A DNA stretch of 64,000 bases from an uncultured delta proteobacterium (GCA_963827685.1 CAWHBU010000002.1:512001-576000), one strand, 5' to 3'. Counted from the first letter of the stretch, positions 53,310 to 63,085 are shown. Made by a program: numbers and translations. Notes: generated by a model from the sequence alone, not told the origin.

Positions 53310-54593
53310 CTAAGATAAAGGATTTTTGGCGACCCGGACCAGTTCTTGGAGGTTTCTGAGTAAACGTCTTGGTTTTCCTTGTGAGAGTTCCTTTTCGGAA
53401 TGGAATCCAGTGGGAAGGGCATAAACATCAACTCGTGCCTGTTTTCCTGTCTCAATATCTGTGAGGGTGTCTCCGACGAAGATCGCCTCCTCTGGCGGGA
53501 GACCCATCTCCCTCAAGACGGCGTGGATCATATCCGGGAAAGGCTTGTTTCGTATGACATCCCCGGCACCGATCACAGATTTAAAATAGTCCGACACACC
53601 CAAGTGCGTGAGCACCCCTCTTGAGAAGCGACCGAATTTATTTGAAGCAATCCCCAGGATGGCACCCTCGGAATGGAGTATTTTTAGAACCTCTTTGGCA
53701 CCATCTAAAAAGTGGGTTTTATTGAGATAGACCTCCTCATATTTCTTTCTCATGACGGGAATACCCTTTAAAACTTCCTCGGGTGAGAAGAACGGAGAAA
53801 GTGTCGCTTCCAAATCTGCCCTGAGATGTATTTTGAGATCCTGAAAAGGAAAGATCTCTTTCCCGAGATATTGAAAGCACTCTTTCAGCCCCAGATAGAT
53901 CGCCTCATAGGATTCGATCAGCGTTCCGTCGAGGTCAAAGATAATTCCATGAATCTGCTTCTTCAGATCATTGAGAATCTCTTGAAAATCCTTGAAAAAA
54001 TGGCAGGTGATATCCTTTTTGATGCAATAGGGGTAAAGGGAATCTTTGGCAAAAACGAAGTCTGCTTCCTGAGCCGCACACCTGTCGGAAAGGCCATTTC
54101 CGATGAAAAAAATGGAATCATATTCTTTTCGGTGGATTTGCACCAGCTTCTTTTTGCAAGTCCCGCAAAGGCCACACTCTTCATCGGAGTGAGGAAAAGA
54201 GACGTCTATGCCTTCCCCCTCCCGGAAATGGGTACAGTTGGCGTAGAATGGGATCTTTGAGAGATGATGAATTTCAAGAATCTTCTTAATATAGAAATCG
54301 AGACCATCGCTGACAATTTTTATATCGATGCCCTTTTCACGACAATACTGGTAGAAAGCAGGAAAGGAGGGGTCGATGTCGGAATGCTCTTGGACAAAAC
54401 GGAGAACGGTTGATTCATCCCCCTTGAGGATTTTTGCGATTCGGGAGTAAGCCTCTCTTGAGCCGATCTTTCCGTCGCGGAAATCCCGGTCGATCCCTTC
54501 CCAATTTCCTGAAGTAAATTGATTGACCAGGACATATCCCGTATCCCGGACGCTGACCGTCCCATCGAAATCACAGAGGATCAATTTTCTCAT
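53310..54593 (-). CDS. Tandem HAD fusion: MtnX-like phosphatase plus Gph-like HAD-IA hydrolase
   Basis: Two DxDGT motifs (CDFDGT, FDLDGT); VSDG, CGTCK; KPFPD, VGD...D. Confidence 0.85.
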   Translation of the reverse strand: MRKLILCDFDGTVSVRDTGYVLVNQFTSGNWEGIDRDFRDGKIGSREAYSRIAKILKGDESTVLRFVQEHSDIDPSFPAFYQYCREKGIDIKIVSDGLDFYIKKILEIHHLSKIPFYANCTHFREGEGIDVSFPHSDEECGLCGTCKKKLVQIHRKEYDSIFFIGNGLSDRCAAQEADFVFAKDSLYPYCIKKDITCHFFKDFQEILNDLKKQIHGIIFDLDGTLIESYEAIYLGLKECFQYLGKEIFPFQDLKIHLRADLEATLSPFFSPEEVLKGIPVMRKKYEEVYLNKTHFLDGAKEVLKILHSEGAILGIASNKFGRFSRGVLTHLGVSDYFKSVIGAGDVIRNKPFPDMIHAVLREMGLPPEEAIFVGDTLTDIETGKQARVDVYALPTGFHSEKELSQGKPRRLLRNLQELVRVAKNPLS

Positions 54594-54920
54594 TGCAATT
54601 TAAACAATAATAGAATCTACAGTAAAATTCCAAATCCCAAGCACCAAATCACAAACAATACCAAATTTCAAATATCCAATGTTCAAACGAATCAAGCTTC
54701 TTGTTTCGAATTCAGAATTTGGGACATTGGAATTTATTAAGACCGCATCTGAAGACCCCGTCCTGTGGACGGGGATGAAAGGTGCGTCTGCTGAAAGCAG
54801 AAAAAATAAATCAGATGCTGAAACAAGTTCAGACCTTATGATTGAAAAAGAAAGGCAAGTCTCGAGTTTTCGGATATAGTTTTTGGTACGACGCAAAAAC
54901 TCACCGAAAGGAGGCTTGCC

Positions 54921-55997
54921 ATGAGTAATGTTAAGAGTAGCAGACTTGATTTTACGGGTCAACCTATTTACATCGGTCTGGATGTCCACAAAAAGAGCTG
55001 GAGTGTAAGTATCTTTTCGAAGTATGGGGAGTATAAAACGTTTAACCAACCCCCTGAAGCCGACAAACTGGTCCATTACCTGAGCCATTATTTTCCGGGC
55101 GCTCTGTATTATGCGGTTTATGAAGCGGGCTATTGCGGCTTCTGGATCCATGATCAATTGAGGAAGAAAGGGATCCAATGTCTCGTGGTTAACCCGGCTG
55201 ATATCCCGACGAAGAATAAAGAGCGAAGGACCAAACGGGATCCGATCGATTGCCGCAAATTGGCCCGGAGTCTTCGCAATGGGGAGATCGAGGGCATCTA
55301 TGTCCCTTGCAGATCGAAACTGGAAGATCGCACTCTGATCCGGACCCGTCAGAGCATGGTGAGGAAGCAGACGCGATGTAAAAACCAGATCAAAGGGATG
55401 CTGCTGTTTTATGGAGTGGTGATTCCAGAGGAAAGAGAGATGGGCCATTGGAGCCGACGATTCATCCAGTGGATCGAGCGGATTCGGATGGAAAGAGCCA
55501 GCGGGGATATAGCCCTGAAGGCCCACTTGGAGGAACTGAACCATCTGCGCCAGCTGATCGCCAGTTTGAACCGGGCCATCCTGCACCTGGCCAGGACGGA
55601 GGAGTACCGGCCTTTTGTCCGTTTGTTGAAGACGGTCCCCGGGATCAGCACGCTGACAGCCATGATCTTGCTGGCGGAACTGGGTGAGATTACGCGTTTC
55701 CCGTCTCTGGACGAGTTGTCCTGTTACGTTGGACTGATTCCAGACACTCAAGAAAGTGGTGAGAAACAATACGTCGGAGGAATTACGCAGCGGCGCCATG
55801 CGCAGTTGAGGTGGCTGCTCATTGAAGCCTCCTGGGTTGCAGTCCGCAAGGATCCGGCGCTTCTGATGGCCTTCCAGGAGTACTGCAAAAGGATGCGCAA
55901 GACGAAGGCCATCGTCAAGATCGCCAGGAAACTTCTGAACCGGATCCGCTACGTTCTCAAAAATCAGGCGGAATACGTTCCGTGTGTCATTGAGTAA
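54921..55997 (+). CDS. IS110-family recombinase/transposase (DEDD + Tnp20)
   Basis: GLDVHK, YEAG, KRDPIDCRKLA, TVPGIS, YVGLIP...ESG catalytic Ser. Confidence 0.96.
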   Translation: MSNVKSSRLDFTGQPIYIGLDVHKKSWSVSIFSKYGEYKTFNQPPEADKLVHYLSHYFPGALYYAVYEAGYCGFWIHDQLRKKGIQCLVVNPADIPTKNKERRTKRDPIDCRKLARSLRNGEIEGIYVPCRSKLEDRTLIRTRQSMVRKQTRCKNQIKGMLLFYGVVIPEEREMGHWSRRFIQWIERIRMERASGDIALKAHLEELNHLRQLIASLNRAILHLARTEEYRPFVRLLKTVPGISTLTAMILLAELGEITRFPSLDELSCYVGLIPDTQESGEKQYVGGITQRRHAQLRWLLIEASWVAVRKDPALLMAFQEYCKRMRKTKAIVKIARKLLNRIRYVLKNQAEYVPCVIE

Positions 55998-56009
55998 CTC
56001 TAAATGCAT

Positions 56010-56190
56010 TGGGACATGACCCGATCTGATAAATCGCTTCCGTGGGCAACGATATGTCATGCTTGCAGCTCATCGCAAGATGATGGCTGCTACAGTTCAG
56101 ACTCCGTGCCCACACTTTAAAATATGACAAGGTTTTGCAGCTATCCGAAAACGATATGTCTGCTAATAGAAGGTTGATTTTAAAGATTGG
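56010..56190 (+). ncRNA. Bridge/seek RNA with target- and donor-binding loops
   Basis: Loop 1 (stem gtgggca/tgcccac) holds tgtcatgct and agttcag = target halves. Loop 2 (stem ctttaaaat/attttaaag) holds aaggttt and atagaag = circle-junction halves. Ends approximate. Confidence 0.8.
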
Positions 56191-56409
56191 TGCTGTCCTT
56201 AAAAACATTATCTAATACCACGTCTATGCTGATTGGGACTTGCTTTTCAACATAGAAGCATGACACAACATAGAAGCATGACACGACGGTTCGGTTCTGG
56301 TCTTTTTGTCATCCCGAACTTGTTTCGGGATCTCGGTTTTGGGTTTTAGAATTTAGGTTTTAAAGCCCCGCCCTGGCGGGATTGGAATTTGGGATTTGGG
56401 TATTCAAGT

Positions 56410-56928
56410 TTAGTCATCCCAACCGATCTTTTTCCTTTTGGTAACAGGGAGCTTGAACTTCTCTTTCAACCGCCTGACAACCAGGTCTGGAACCAATCCC
56501 TCCACACCGCCCCCTAATCTGGCAACCTCTTTGATCGTTCTGGAGGAGACGAAAAAATAGTCCTTACTGGTCATCATGAAGAGGGTATCCAGATGGGTGT
56601 TGAGGCTTCGATTCATAGAGGCCATATGAAATTCATATTCGAAGTCTGAGGTGGCCCGGAGGCCCCTTAAAATCACTTTGGCATTGGTCTTCGCTACATA
56701 GTCGACAAGAAGTCCCTTGAAACTGTCCACGATGACATTGGGTGTGTCCTTAAAGATGGTTTTGGTCATCTTCAGCCGTTCCTCAATGGTGAAGAGAGAA
56801 CGTTTTTCAACATTATTGGCAATGGCCACAATCACCTTGTCGAAGATCTCAAGACCCCTCTCGATGATATCAATATGACCATAGGTAATAGGATCAAACG
56901 AGCCCGCGTAGATGGCCACTTTTCCCAT
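56410..56928 (-). CDS. coaD: Phosphopantetheine adenylyltransferase
   Basis: YAGSFDPITYGH, RGLR..SDFEYE. Confidence 0.97.
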   Translation of the reverse strand: MGKVAIYAGSFDPITYGHIDIIERGLEIFDKVIVAIANNVEKRSLFTIEERLKMTKTIFKDTPNVIVDSFKGLLVDYVAKTNAKVILRGLRATSDFEYEFHMASMNRSLNTHLDTLFMMTSKDYFFVSSRTIKEVARLGGGVEGLVPDLVVRRLKEKFKLPVTKRKKIGWDD

Positions 56929-57008
56929 ATCTTTTTCTTCTCCTTTCTTCTTTTGTGCCATTCCATTCCCCCCGTTTATGGGCCTGCACCAGGCAGGCGA
57001 AAATGGGT

Positions 57009-57596
57009 TTAGAATTCTATTTTAACCTCGGTTGAGCCATGGTCTTGCTGCGGGGTTAAAAAAGAGATCACGGTGTCTCCCATCCGTCGTTGACGAATGA
57101 GATTCCATCCATCCAGGATCTGGGGGAGGGGTTCCCGCCGGTTATGTTCGATGACCAGGATGGAGCCCTTGTGATAAATCTGTTTGGAGTTCAATTCCAT
57201 CAAGGTTTTTCGGATCAATCCCCTCTCGTAAGGAGGATCCATCAAGATCAGATCGAAGCATTCCCCTCTCCGTTTGAGAATTCCGATCGCTCGGTTTACG
57301 TCTCTTGGAACGATTTCAGACCGTTCCTCTAACCCAAATTGAGTGAGATTTCTTTGGATGAGTCGCAAGGCCTGTCTCTCCTTTTCAACAAAGATCGCTT
57401 TCTTCGCTCCTCGACTCAGGGCTTCGATGCCTAAATTTCCTGTGCCCGCGAAAAGGTCAAGAACCACTCCTCCCGCCATTTTCTCTTGGAGGATGTTAAA
57501 GATAGATTCCTTCACACGATCAGAAGTAGGGCGAAGAGACTGGTTCCTTGGTGTCACCAGCTTTCTTCCCCTCGATGTTCCACTAATAATGCGCAT
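57009..57596 (-). CDS. rsmD: 16S rRNA m2G966 methyltransferase
   Basis: MRIISG..RG, RPTSDRVKE, LDLFAGTG, DPPY. Confidence 0.96.
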   Translation of the reverse strand: MRIISGTSRGRKLVTPRNQSLRPTSDRVKESIFNILQEKMAGGVVLDLFAGTGNLGIEALSRGAKKAIFVEKERQALRLIQRNLTQFGLEERSEIVPRDVNRAIGILKRRGECFDLILMDPPYERGLIRKTLMELNSKQIYHKGSILVIEHNRREPLPQILDGWNLIRQRRMGDTVISFLTPQQDHGSTEVKIEF

Positions 57597-57599
57597 CGT

Positions 57600-57745
57600 T
57601 TACTTAAATTCCAAATTACAAATCCCAAATCCCAAACAAATTTCAATCTCCAATTTCCAAATGACCAAAACTGTTTTGTTCATGGTTTCGAATTTTGGCC
57701 ATTGGAATTTATTTGATGCTTGGTGCTTGTGATTTGGTGCTTATC
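57600..57745. repeat. Heptamer-built intergenic palindrome (uninterrupted copy)
   Basis: aaattccaaattacaaatcccaaatccc...ttggtgcttgtgatttggtgctt; relatives at 54625-54735/56380-56408 and 58215-58335. Confidence 0.75.
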
Positions 57746-58202
57746 CGAAATTCTTCAATCGCTCAATTCTTTTAAGCATATTCTCCTGATGGGACCCTTG
57801 CCAATAGATCTTCAGACACTGGGGACATCGAAAAAAGTTCTTCTGTTGGTAGAAGATAAAGTCTGGGACCTTCCCTTCAGCCTCTTTCCGTGTGATTTCG
57901 TTGAGGAGAGTGTTACAGAGGAGGCACCTGGAAAAAAGGCTCTCCTCATTCAACGAAATGACTTTTTTTTGAATGAGTTCCTTCAACTGGAGAGAAGGTT
58001 GGTCCTCCGCGATCCTGTTGATTCGATCCTCGGGTTTCTTAGGGATGAGTTTGCCATTTCGAGTCAAGATAATCCGACCCTCCTCACGAGCCAATTTGAT
58101 CAACTGGTAAGCATTTTCTCCCCGATAATAAACTGTATCATAGCCCAGCATCCTCAACCCCTTAGCCAATTTCCCAAGCATTCGATCTGCAACAAACTTC
58201 AT
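57741..58202 (-). CDS. Mut7-C RNase domain protein
   Basis: FVADRMLGKLAK.LR.LGYD, RC..CN, CPQC.KIYW.GSH. Confidence 0.92.
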   Translation of the reverse strand: MKFVADRMLGKLAKGLRMLGYDTVYYRGENAYQLIKLAREEGRIILTRNGKLIPKKPEDRINRIAEDQPSLQLKELIQKKVISLNEESLFSRCLLCNTLLNEITRKEAEGKVPDFIFYQQKNFFRCPQCLKIYWQGSHQENMLKRIERLKNFG

Positions 58203-58352
58203 CGCTCAACACATTAGAGTTCAAATACAAAAATCCAAATGCCAAAGGAATGACAAATGTTTAAATGTCAATAATTTTGTCTTCTTAACCTTTACTTCAA
58301 ACTTTGAACTTTGTCATTTGACATCCATTCCAATACACTTCCTCATGAGCGA

Positions 58353-59213
58353 TTACATATATTTCCCGATGATCAGTTCTAAATCCTTTTTCGTTTTTCC
58401 CGGGATAAACTTTTTGTTAGTGATTAGGGCATATTTTAAAGCATCGGCACAAAGACATTCTCTTTTCTCAGGAAGATGTTTGATGGCCTGTCGAATCGCA
58501 CTTTTTGCAATCTTTGTGCTTTGAGCCAGAATTCTGAGGACCTCACCGATGGAGACATCTCCTGCCGCCTCGTGCCAGCAATCGTAATCGGTTGCAAAGG
58601 CGATAGTGGAATAACAGATCTCAGCTTCCCGAGCCAGTTTCGCCTCGGGGAGGTTGGTCATCCCAATGATATCCACACCCCATGTTCGGAAAAGCCTCGA
58701 TTCGGCACGTGTTGAAAACTGAGGTCCTTCAATACAAATGTAGGTTCCGTCTTTATGAACTGTCGCTCCCACCTTTTTTCCGGCCTCGCAGAGGATCTGG
58801 CTTAGAACGGGACAAACTGGATCTGCAAAGCTGATGTGACCCACGATTCCATCACTGAAGAAGGTGTTCGGACGGCCCTTTGTCTGGTCAATGAATTGGT
58901 TCGGGATCACCATATCCCCGGGGTGAATCGATTCTTTCATCGACCCCACGGCACTGACGCCGATGATCCACTGGACACCCAGCTTTTTCATTCCGTAGAT
59001 ATTGGCCCTGAAGTTAAGAGAAGAGGGTTGGATGCGATGGCCTTTCCCATGCCGGGGCAGGAAGGTAACCTTCACCCCTTCGAGTCGCCCCAAAATGAAC
59101 GAATCGGATGGGTCTCCAAAAGGGGTCTTTAAGGAAACGGTTTGAATCTCTTCAAGGCCTTCCATTTCATAGAGACCTGACCCCCCTATCACCCCAACGA
59201 TCTTCTCAGTCAT
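58353..59213 (-). CDS. mtnP: S-methyl-5'-thioadenosine phosphorylase
   Basis: GGSG, PRHG, EGPQFSTRAES, GMT, TDYDCW. Confidence 0.95.
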   Translation of the reverse strand: MTEKIVGVIGGSGLYEMEGLEEIQTVSLKTPFGDPSDSFILGRLEGVKVTFLPRHGKGHRIQPSSLNFRANIYGMKKLGVQWIIGVSAVGSMKESIHPGDMVIPNQFIDQTKGRPNTFFSDGIVGHISFADPVCPVLSQILCEAGKKVGATVHKDGTYICIEGPQFSTRAESRLFRTWGVDIIGMTNLPEAKLAREAEICYSTIAFATDYDCWHEAAGDVSIGEVLRILAQSTKIAKSAIRQAIKHLPEKRECLCADALKYALITNKKFIPGKTKKDLELIIGKYM

Positions 59214-59372
59214 CCTTCTCCTCCTTGGTAAGATTAGAGTTCATGTTAACGCCGTCATGGCAAAAAATCAATCATCGATTCCAGCGACAATCGAAACAGA
59301 AAGGGATCGAGGGGATTACGAAAATGCTGCAGAATGCCCCGCCCCGTGGGCGGGATGCTTCACTCCGAACTC

Positions 59373-60413
59373 CTAACTTTTCCCCTGGAGCTGACCACAG
59401 GCAGCTGAAATCTCTCTCCCCTTGCTATTCCGGACGATTGCGGTAAGCCCGCCCTCCATCAAAATTTTTTGAAACTCTTTGACCTTCTCCTCCGCAGGTT
59501 TCTTAAAAGGGATCTCGGGGGCTTCGTTGAGGGGGATGAGATTGACCTTGGAGGGAATGCCTCTCAATATTCTTAATAGTCGTTTGGCCTCTTGGGAGGA
59601 ATCATTAATCCCTTCGAGGAGAACATATTCGAAGGTGATTCGCGCTCTCGGCCGGAGAGGGAAGTTTCGGCAAATCTCTAAGATTTTCTTTAAAGGGTAG
59701 CGGCGATTGATTGGCATGAGATGACTTCTCCCTTCTTCATCGGGGGCATTAAGGGAGATGGCGAGACGAAATGAAATTTTTTCTTTTGATAGTCGTTCCA
59801 ACTCGGGCAGGAGACCAACGGTTGAGAGGGTAATCCTCCTCGATGAAAATTTGAAGCCGTCGGGATGAGCCATCAATTCTATCGCCTTTAGTGTATTTTC
59901 ATAATTAGCGAGGGGTTCTCCCATTCCCATCAAGACGATGTTGGTGACCGATGATTTTTCAGGGACCATTCTTTTGACCGCCAGAATCTGATTGAGGATC
60001 TCCGAAACCATGAGATCTCGTTTCCATCCGATTTTTCCGGTCAGACAGAATCGACACCCGAAGGCACATCCCACCTGGGTTGAAAGGCAAAGGGTGAGGC
60101 GTGCTTTGTCTGGGATCAGCACACTTTCAATTCGGTTTCCGTCTTCGAGGTGAAATAAAAATTTTCTTGTTCCATCCACCGCCTGTTCCACCCGAAGGGG
60201 GTGGAGGGTCGAGATAAAGCTGGCCTGGCTTAACTCTTGGCGGAATCTTTTGGAGAGATTGGTCATCTCATCGAAGGATTGAACACCCTTCTGGTAGAGC
60301 CATCTCAGAATCTGGATACTTCGGTAGCGTTCTTTTCCGAATGACCTGAGAAATTCATTGAGTTCAGAGGGACTTAAATTCTTTAAATCGACTTTTTCCA
60401 TAAAATCATTCAA
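59373..60413 (-). CDS. rlmN: 23S rRNA m2A2503 radical-SAM methyltransferase
   Basis: CAFGCRFC, MGMGEP, AACGQL. Confidence 0.97.
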   Translation of the reverse strand: MNDFMEKVDLKNLSPSELNEFLRSFGKERYRSIQILRWLYQKGVQSFDEMTNLSKRFRQELSQASFISTLHPLRVEQAVDGTRKFLFHLEDGNRIESVLIPDKARLTLCLSTQVGCAFGCRFCLTGKIGWKRDLMVSEILNQILAVKRMVPEKSSVTNIVLMGMGEPLANYENTLKAIELMAHPDGFKFSSRRITLSTVGLLPELERLSKEKISFRLAISLNAPDEEGRSHLMPINRRYPLKKILEICRNFPLRPRARITFEYVLLEGINDSSQEAKRLLRILRGIPSKVNLIPLNEAPEIPFKKPAEEKVKEFQKILMEGGLTAIVRNSKGREISAACGQLQGKS

Positions 60414-60434
60414 TTCAAATTACCCACCCCAATA

Positions 60435-60687
60435 AGACTGTGTCGCAATGGTGACTGCACAAAAAGATGAATCTTCCCATGTGAGAGAGTGCAAGATTGA
60501 CAGGGGACAGGCGACTGGCTGAGGAAGCTTTAGGGTGGGACCTTTTATCAAGTAAATTCATACCCCTATACTCCATGAAGACGTCGTTTCCGATCACAAA
60601 AATGATTGACTATACCTTTCAAAAATCCGCAATTCTAAAGCTTCCGAAGCTTGTCACCTGTCCCTCACTGCGATTACGACACAGTTT
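60435..60687. mobile_element. Short IR-bounded non-coding element
   Basis: agactgtgtcgcaat / attacgacacagttt, 13 of 15 complementary. Confidence 0.5.
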
Positions 60688-60715
60688 CTATGGGAAGGGT
60701 GCGGGATAGGATTTT

Positions 60716-61135
60716 TCAATATTCAAGCACCTCCAGGGAATTAAAGAAATATTTGATTTCAAAGGCGGCTGTTTCAGGTGCGTCAGAACCATGCACCACG
60801 TTCTTTTCGATATTGGTAGCAAACTGGCGCCGCAGGGTCCCTTGCTTTGCTTGTTTAGGATCCGTGGCGCCCATCAACTCCCGTGTCTTTGAAATCGCCC
60901 CTTCTCCTTCAAGAACCATCACCACAGAAGGTCCGGAAGACATGAAGGCAGTCAGGCTTTCGAAAAAGGGTTTGCCTCGATGGACAGCATAAAATCCCTC
61001 TGCCTCTTTTCTGTTCATTGAGATCATCTTCAGACCGATTACCTTCAGACCGTGGTCTTCAAAACGTTTAATGACCTCACCAATGAGATGTTTCTGGATG
61101 CCATCCGGCTTCACAATGGATAATGTCCTTTCCAT
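60716..61135 (-). CDS. ndk: Nucleoside diphosphate kinase
   Basis: [17 protein letters not shown]. Confidence 0.97.
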   Translation of the reverse strand: MERTLSIVKPDGIQKHLIGEVIKRFEDHGLKVIGLKMISMNRKEAEGFYAVHRGKPFFESLTAFMSSGPSVVMVLEGEGAISKTRELMGATDPKQAKQGTLRRQFATNIEKNVVHGSDAPETAAFEIKYFFNSLEVLEY

Positions 61136-61427
61136 ATCTTCCTCCTTTGGACTTAAATTATAAGTGTTTAATCTATCTTTCACAATTCCTAATTGTCAAG
61201 TTACGGTTTCGACTCTCCGATCCCGTGACAAATGGTCTTGAGAAAACAGGCATTGAAGAAATGGGCATTAGTGAATTTATGGGACTGACAGAATTGTTAA
61301 GCAATCAATATTTTACCAATATGATTTCCCTCTCCCCCAAGGGGAGAGGGGAGGGTGAGGGGGATACATTGACAAAGCAGACATCGATGTCCTATTCTGC
61401 AATTATCTTGTAAACGAGGAGGAGCGG

Positions 61428-62364
61428 ATGGAAGGGGGAGAAAAAAGGGTTTATGCGGTGATCGTCATCGGGGGAGGACCTGCAGGCTTGACGGCAGGTC
61501 TCTATACATCCAGGTCAAGACTCGATACCCTCCTCATCGAGACGGGTCTCTTGGGAGGTCAGATGACTACCACAGAGTCTCATAGAAAACTATCCCGGTT
61601 TTCCGCAGGGGATTACCGGAGATGAGTTAAGTCGTTTGATGGAAGAGCAGACAAAGCGATTTGGGTTAGAAGTGGTTTCCCAACACGTCGTGGAGGTAAA
61701 GCTCGAAGGCAATAAGAAGGTTGTCAAAACCGATGAGGGGAATTATGTTTGTGATTCCCTCATCATTTGTACAGGGACGGAATATCGAAAATTAGGAGTT
61801 CTTGGCGAGAATGAGTTCGCTGGCAAAGGGGTCTCTTATTGTGCCACTTGTGACGGGGCTTTTTTTCGGGATAGTAAAATTGTCCTGGTGGGAGGGGGAG
61901 ACTCCGCACTGACCGAAGCCCTCTACCTCACAAAGTTTGTTAAGGAGTTGACCATCGTCCATCGGAGGGATGCTCTTCGCGGAACGAAAATCTATCAGGA
62001 GAGGGTTTTCGCAAATCCAAAAATCAAATTGCTCTGGGACTCGATCATACAAGAGATAAAGGGAGATTCAATCGTCCGGTCGGTCCTCGTCAAAAATCTA
62101 AAAACGGGAGAGGTGACCGAGCATCCTACAGAAGGTGTTTTCCTTTTTGTGGGACTTTTGCCAAGAACTCAATTCTTGAAGGGACTGGTCCAAACGGATA
62201 AGGGAGGATATATCCTCACCGATGAGAATGGCGAAACGTCTGTGAAAGGGATCTTTGCTGCCGGCGATTGTAGGAAGAAGTTACTCCGCCAAATCGCCAC
62301 TGCTGTGGGAGACGGAGCGACCGCTGCCTTCGCAGCCGAGAAATATTTGGAGGGGAAAGAATAA
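61428..62364 (+). pseudogene. trxB: Thioredoxin reductase with a 1-nt insertion near 61578 (real or sequence error)
   Basis: IGGGPAGL...GGQMTTTE then shifts to LIENYPGF; CATCDG, GGGDSA, AAGD intact. Confidence 0.9.
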
Positions 62365-62627
62365 ACCTTAACGTTACCAGAGGCAGGTAAGTGTGTTTCC
62401 AAAACTTTATAATGCGGTTCTTTTAAGAATTTCATAGGTAACATGTGATTTCACCTATGGTGGCTTTTGGAAAATATAGGATAACCATGCAGCAAAATGA
62501 TTAAAGGTGCCGCCATAAAGTTTTCTCAGCACACCCACCTGCCTCTGGGAGCGTTTCTTATGCGATTATGAGGTAAAGCTTGAAGCTGAAAGCTGGGAAT
62601 CGAAAACGAAAGGAGAACGGAAGCAGG

Positions 62628-62984
62628 ATGAAGATAGCTTGCTCTCTTTTGTTATTAGGAGTTTTGACCCTACCCATTGTTGGCATGGCTCAGGAAGTGA
62701 ATAGGGAGGGCTGGCCCATCCCGGATTTAAAGGGCCTCATTCCTTATTCCATCCAGGTGGAAAGAGTGGATGGAATAGAGAAGATCATTGAAAAATATGA
62801 TACTCCTGATGGAGGGCGTGTCGCAAGAATTAGCGGAAATGGGAAAATCTTCGCCTATGCTGTGGATAGCAATCGAGAACCCCCTATTGACTACCTTTTA
62901 CTCGACCCAGACGGATCAGGAAAATTTACGCAAAAATATAGATCGGAGGATTCCTACAGGATTCCTAAATGGGTCTCCGATTGA
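62628..62984 (+). CDS. Hypothetical secreted protein
   Basis: Signal peptide MKIACSLLLLGVLTLPIVGMA. Confidence 0.7.
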   Translation: MKIACSLLLLGVLTLPIVGMAQEVNREGWPIPDLKGLIPYSIQVERVDGIEKIIEKYDTPDGGRVARISGNGKIFAYAVDSNREPPIDYLLLDPDGSGKFTQKYRSEDSYRIPKWVSD

Positions 62985-63085
62985 TTCCCCCAAGACGAGT
63001 AGGGCGACACCAACAAATGATTTGTTTTCCTTTGACAAAGAATTGTAGCGCCCTCATTGATTGAGGGCGGAGTCCGTCAGCAATA

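Larger units (their letters stand above)
54833..56258 (+). mobile_element. IS110-family insertion sequence, IS1111-type organisation
   Basis: Removing it restores the palindrome AGATGCTGAAACAAGTTCAGCATGAC; AG at both junctions; sub-terminal IRs tatgattgaaaa..gcaagtc / gacttgcttttcaacata; short left end, long right end. Confidence 0.92.
54736..56380. mobile_element. MITE-like host element (GC hairpin ends, internal REP pair) interrupted by the IS110
   Basis: Hairpins ccccgtcctgtggacgggg and cccgccctggcggg; REP halves agatgctgaaacaagttcag|catgac and gtcatcccgaacttgtttcgggatct (56308-56333); boundaries approximate. Confidence 0.55.

Noticed and set aside
54600-56060. 486-aa minus-strand ORF over the IS110 gene
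   Set aside because: Antisense shadow of the recombinase that runs out through repeats; no recognisable motifs.
56248-56283. Direct repeat as a CRISPR array
   Set aside because: Two abutting 18-mers with no spacer; no cas genes or repeat-spacer array anywhere in the window.
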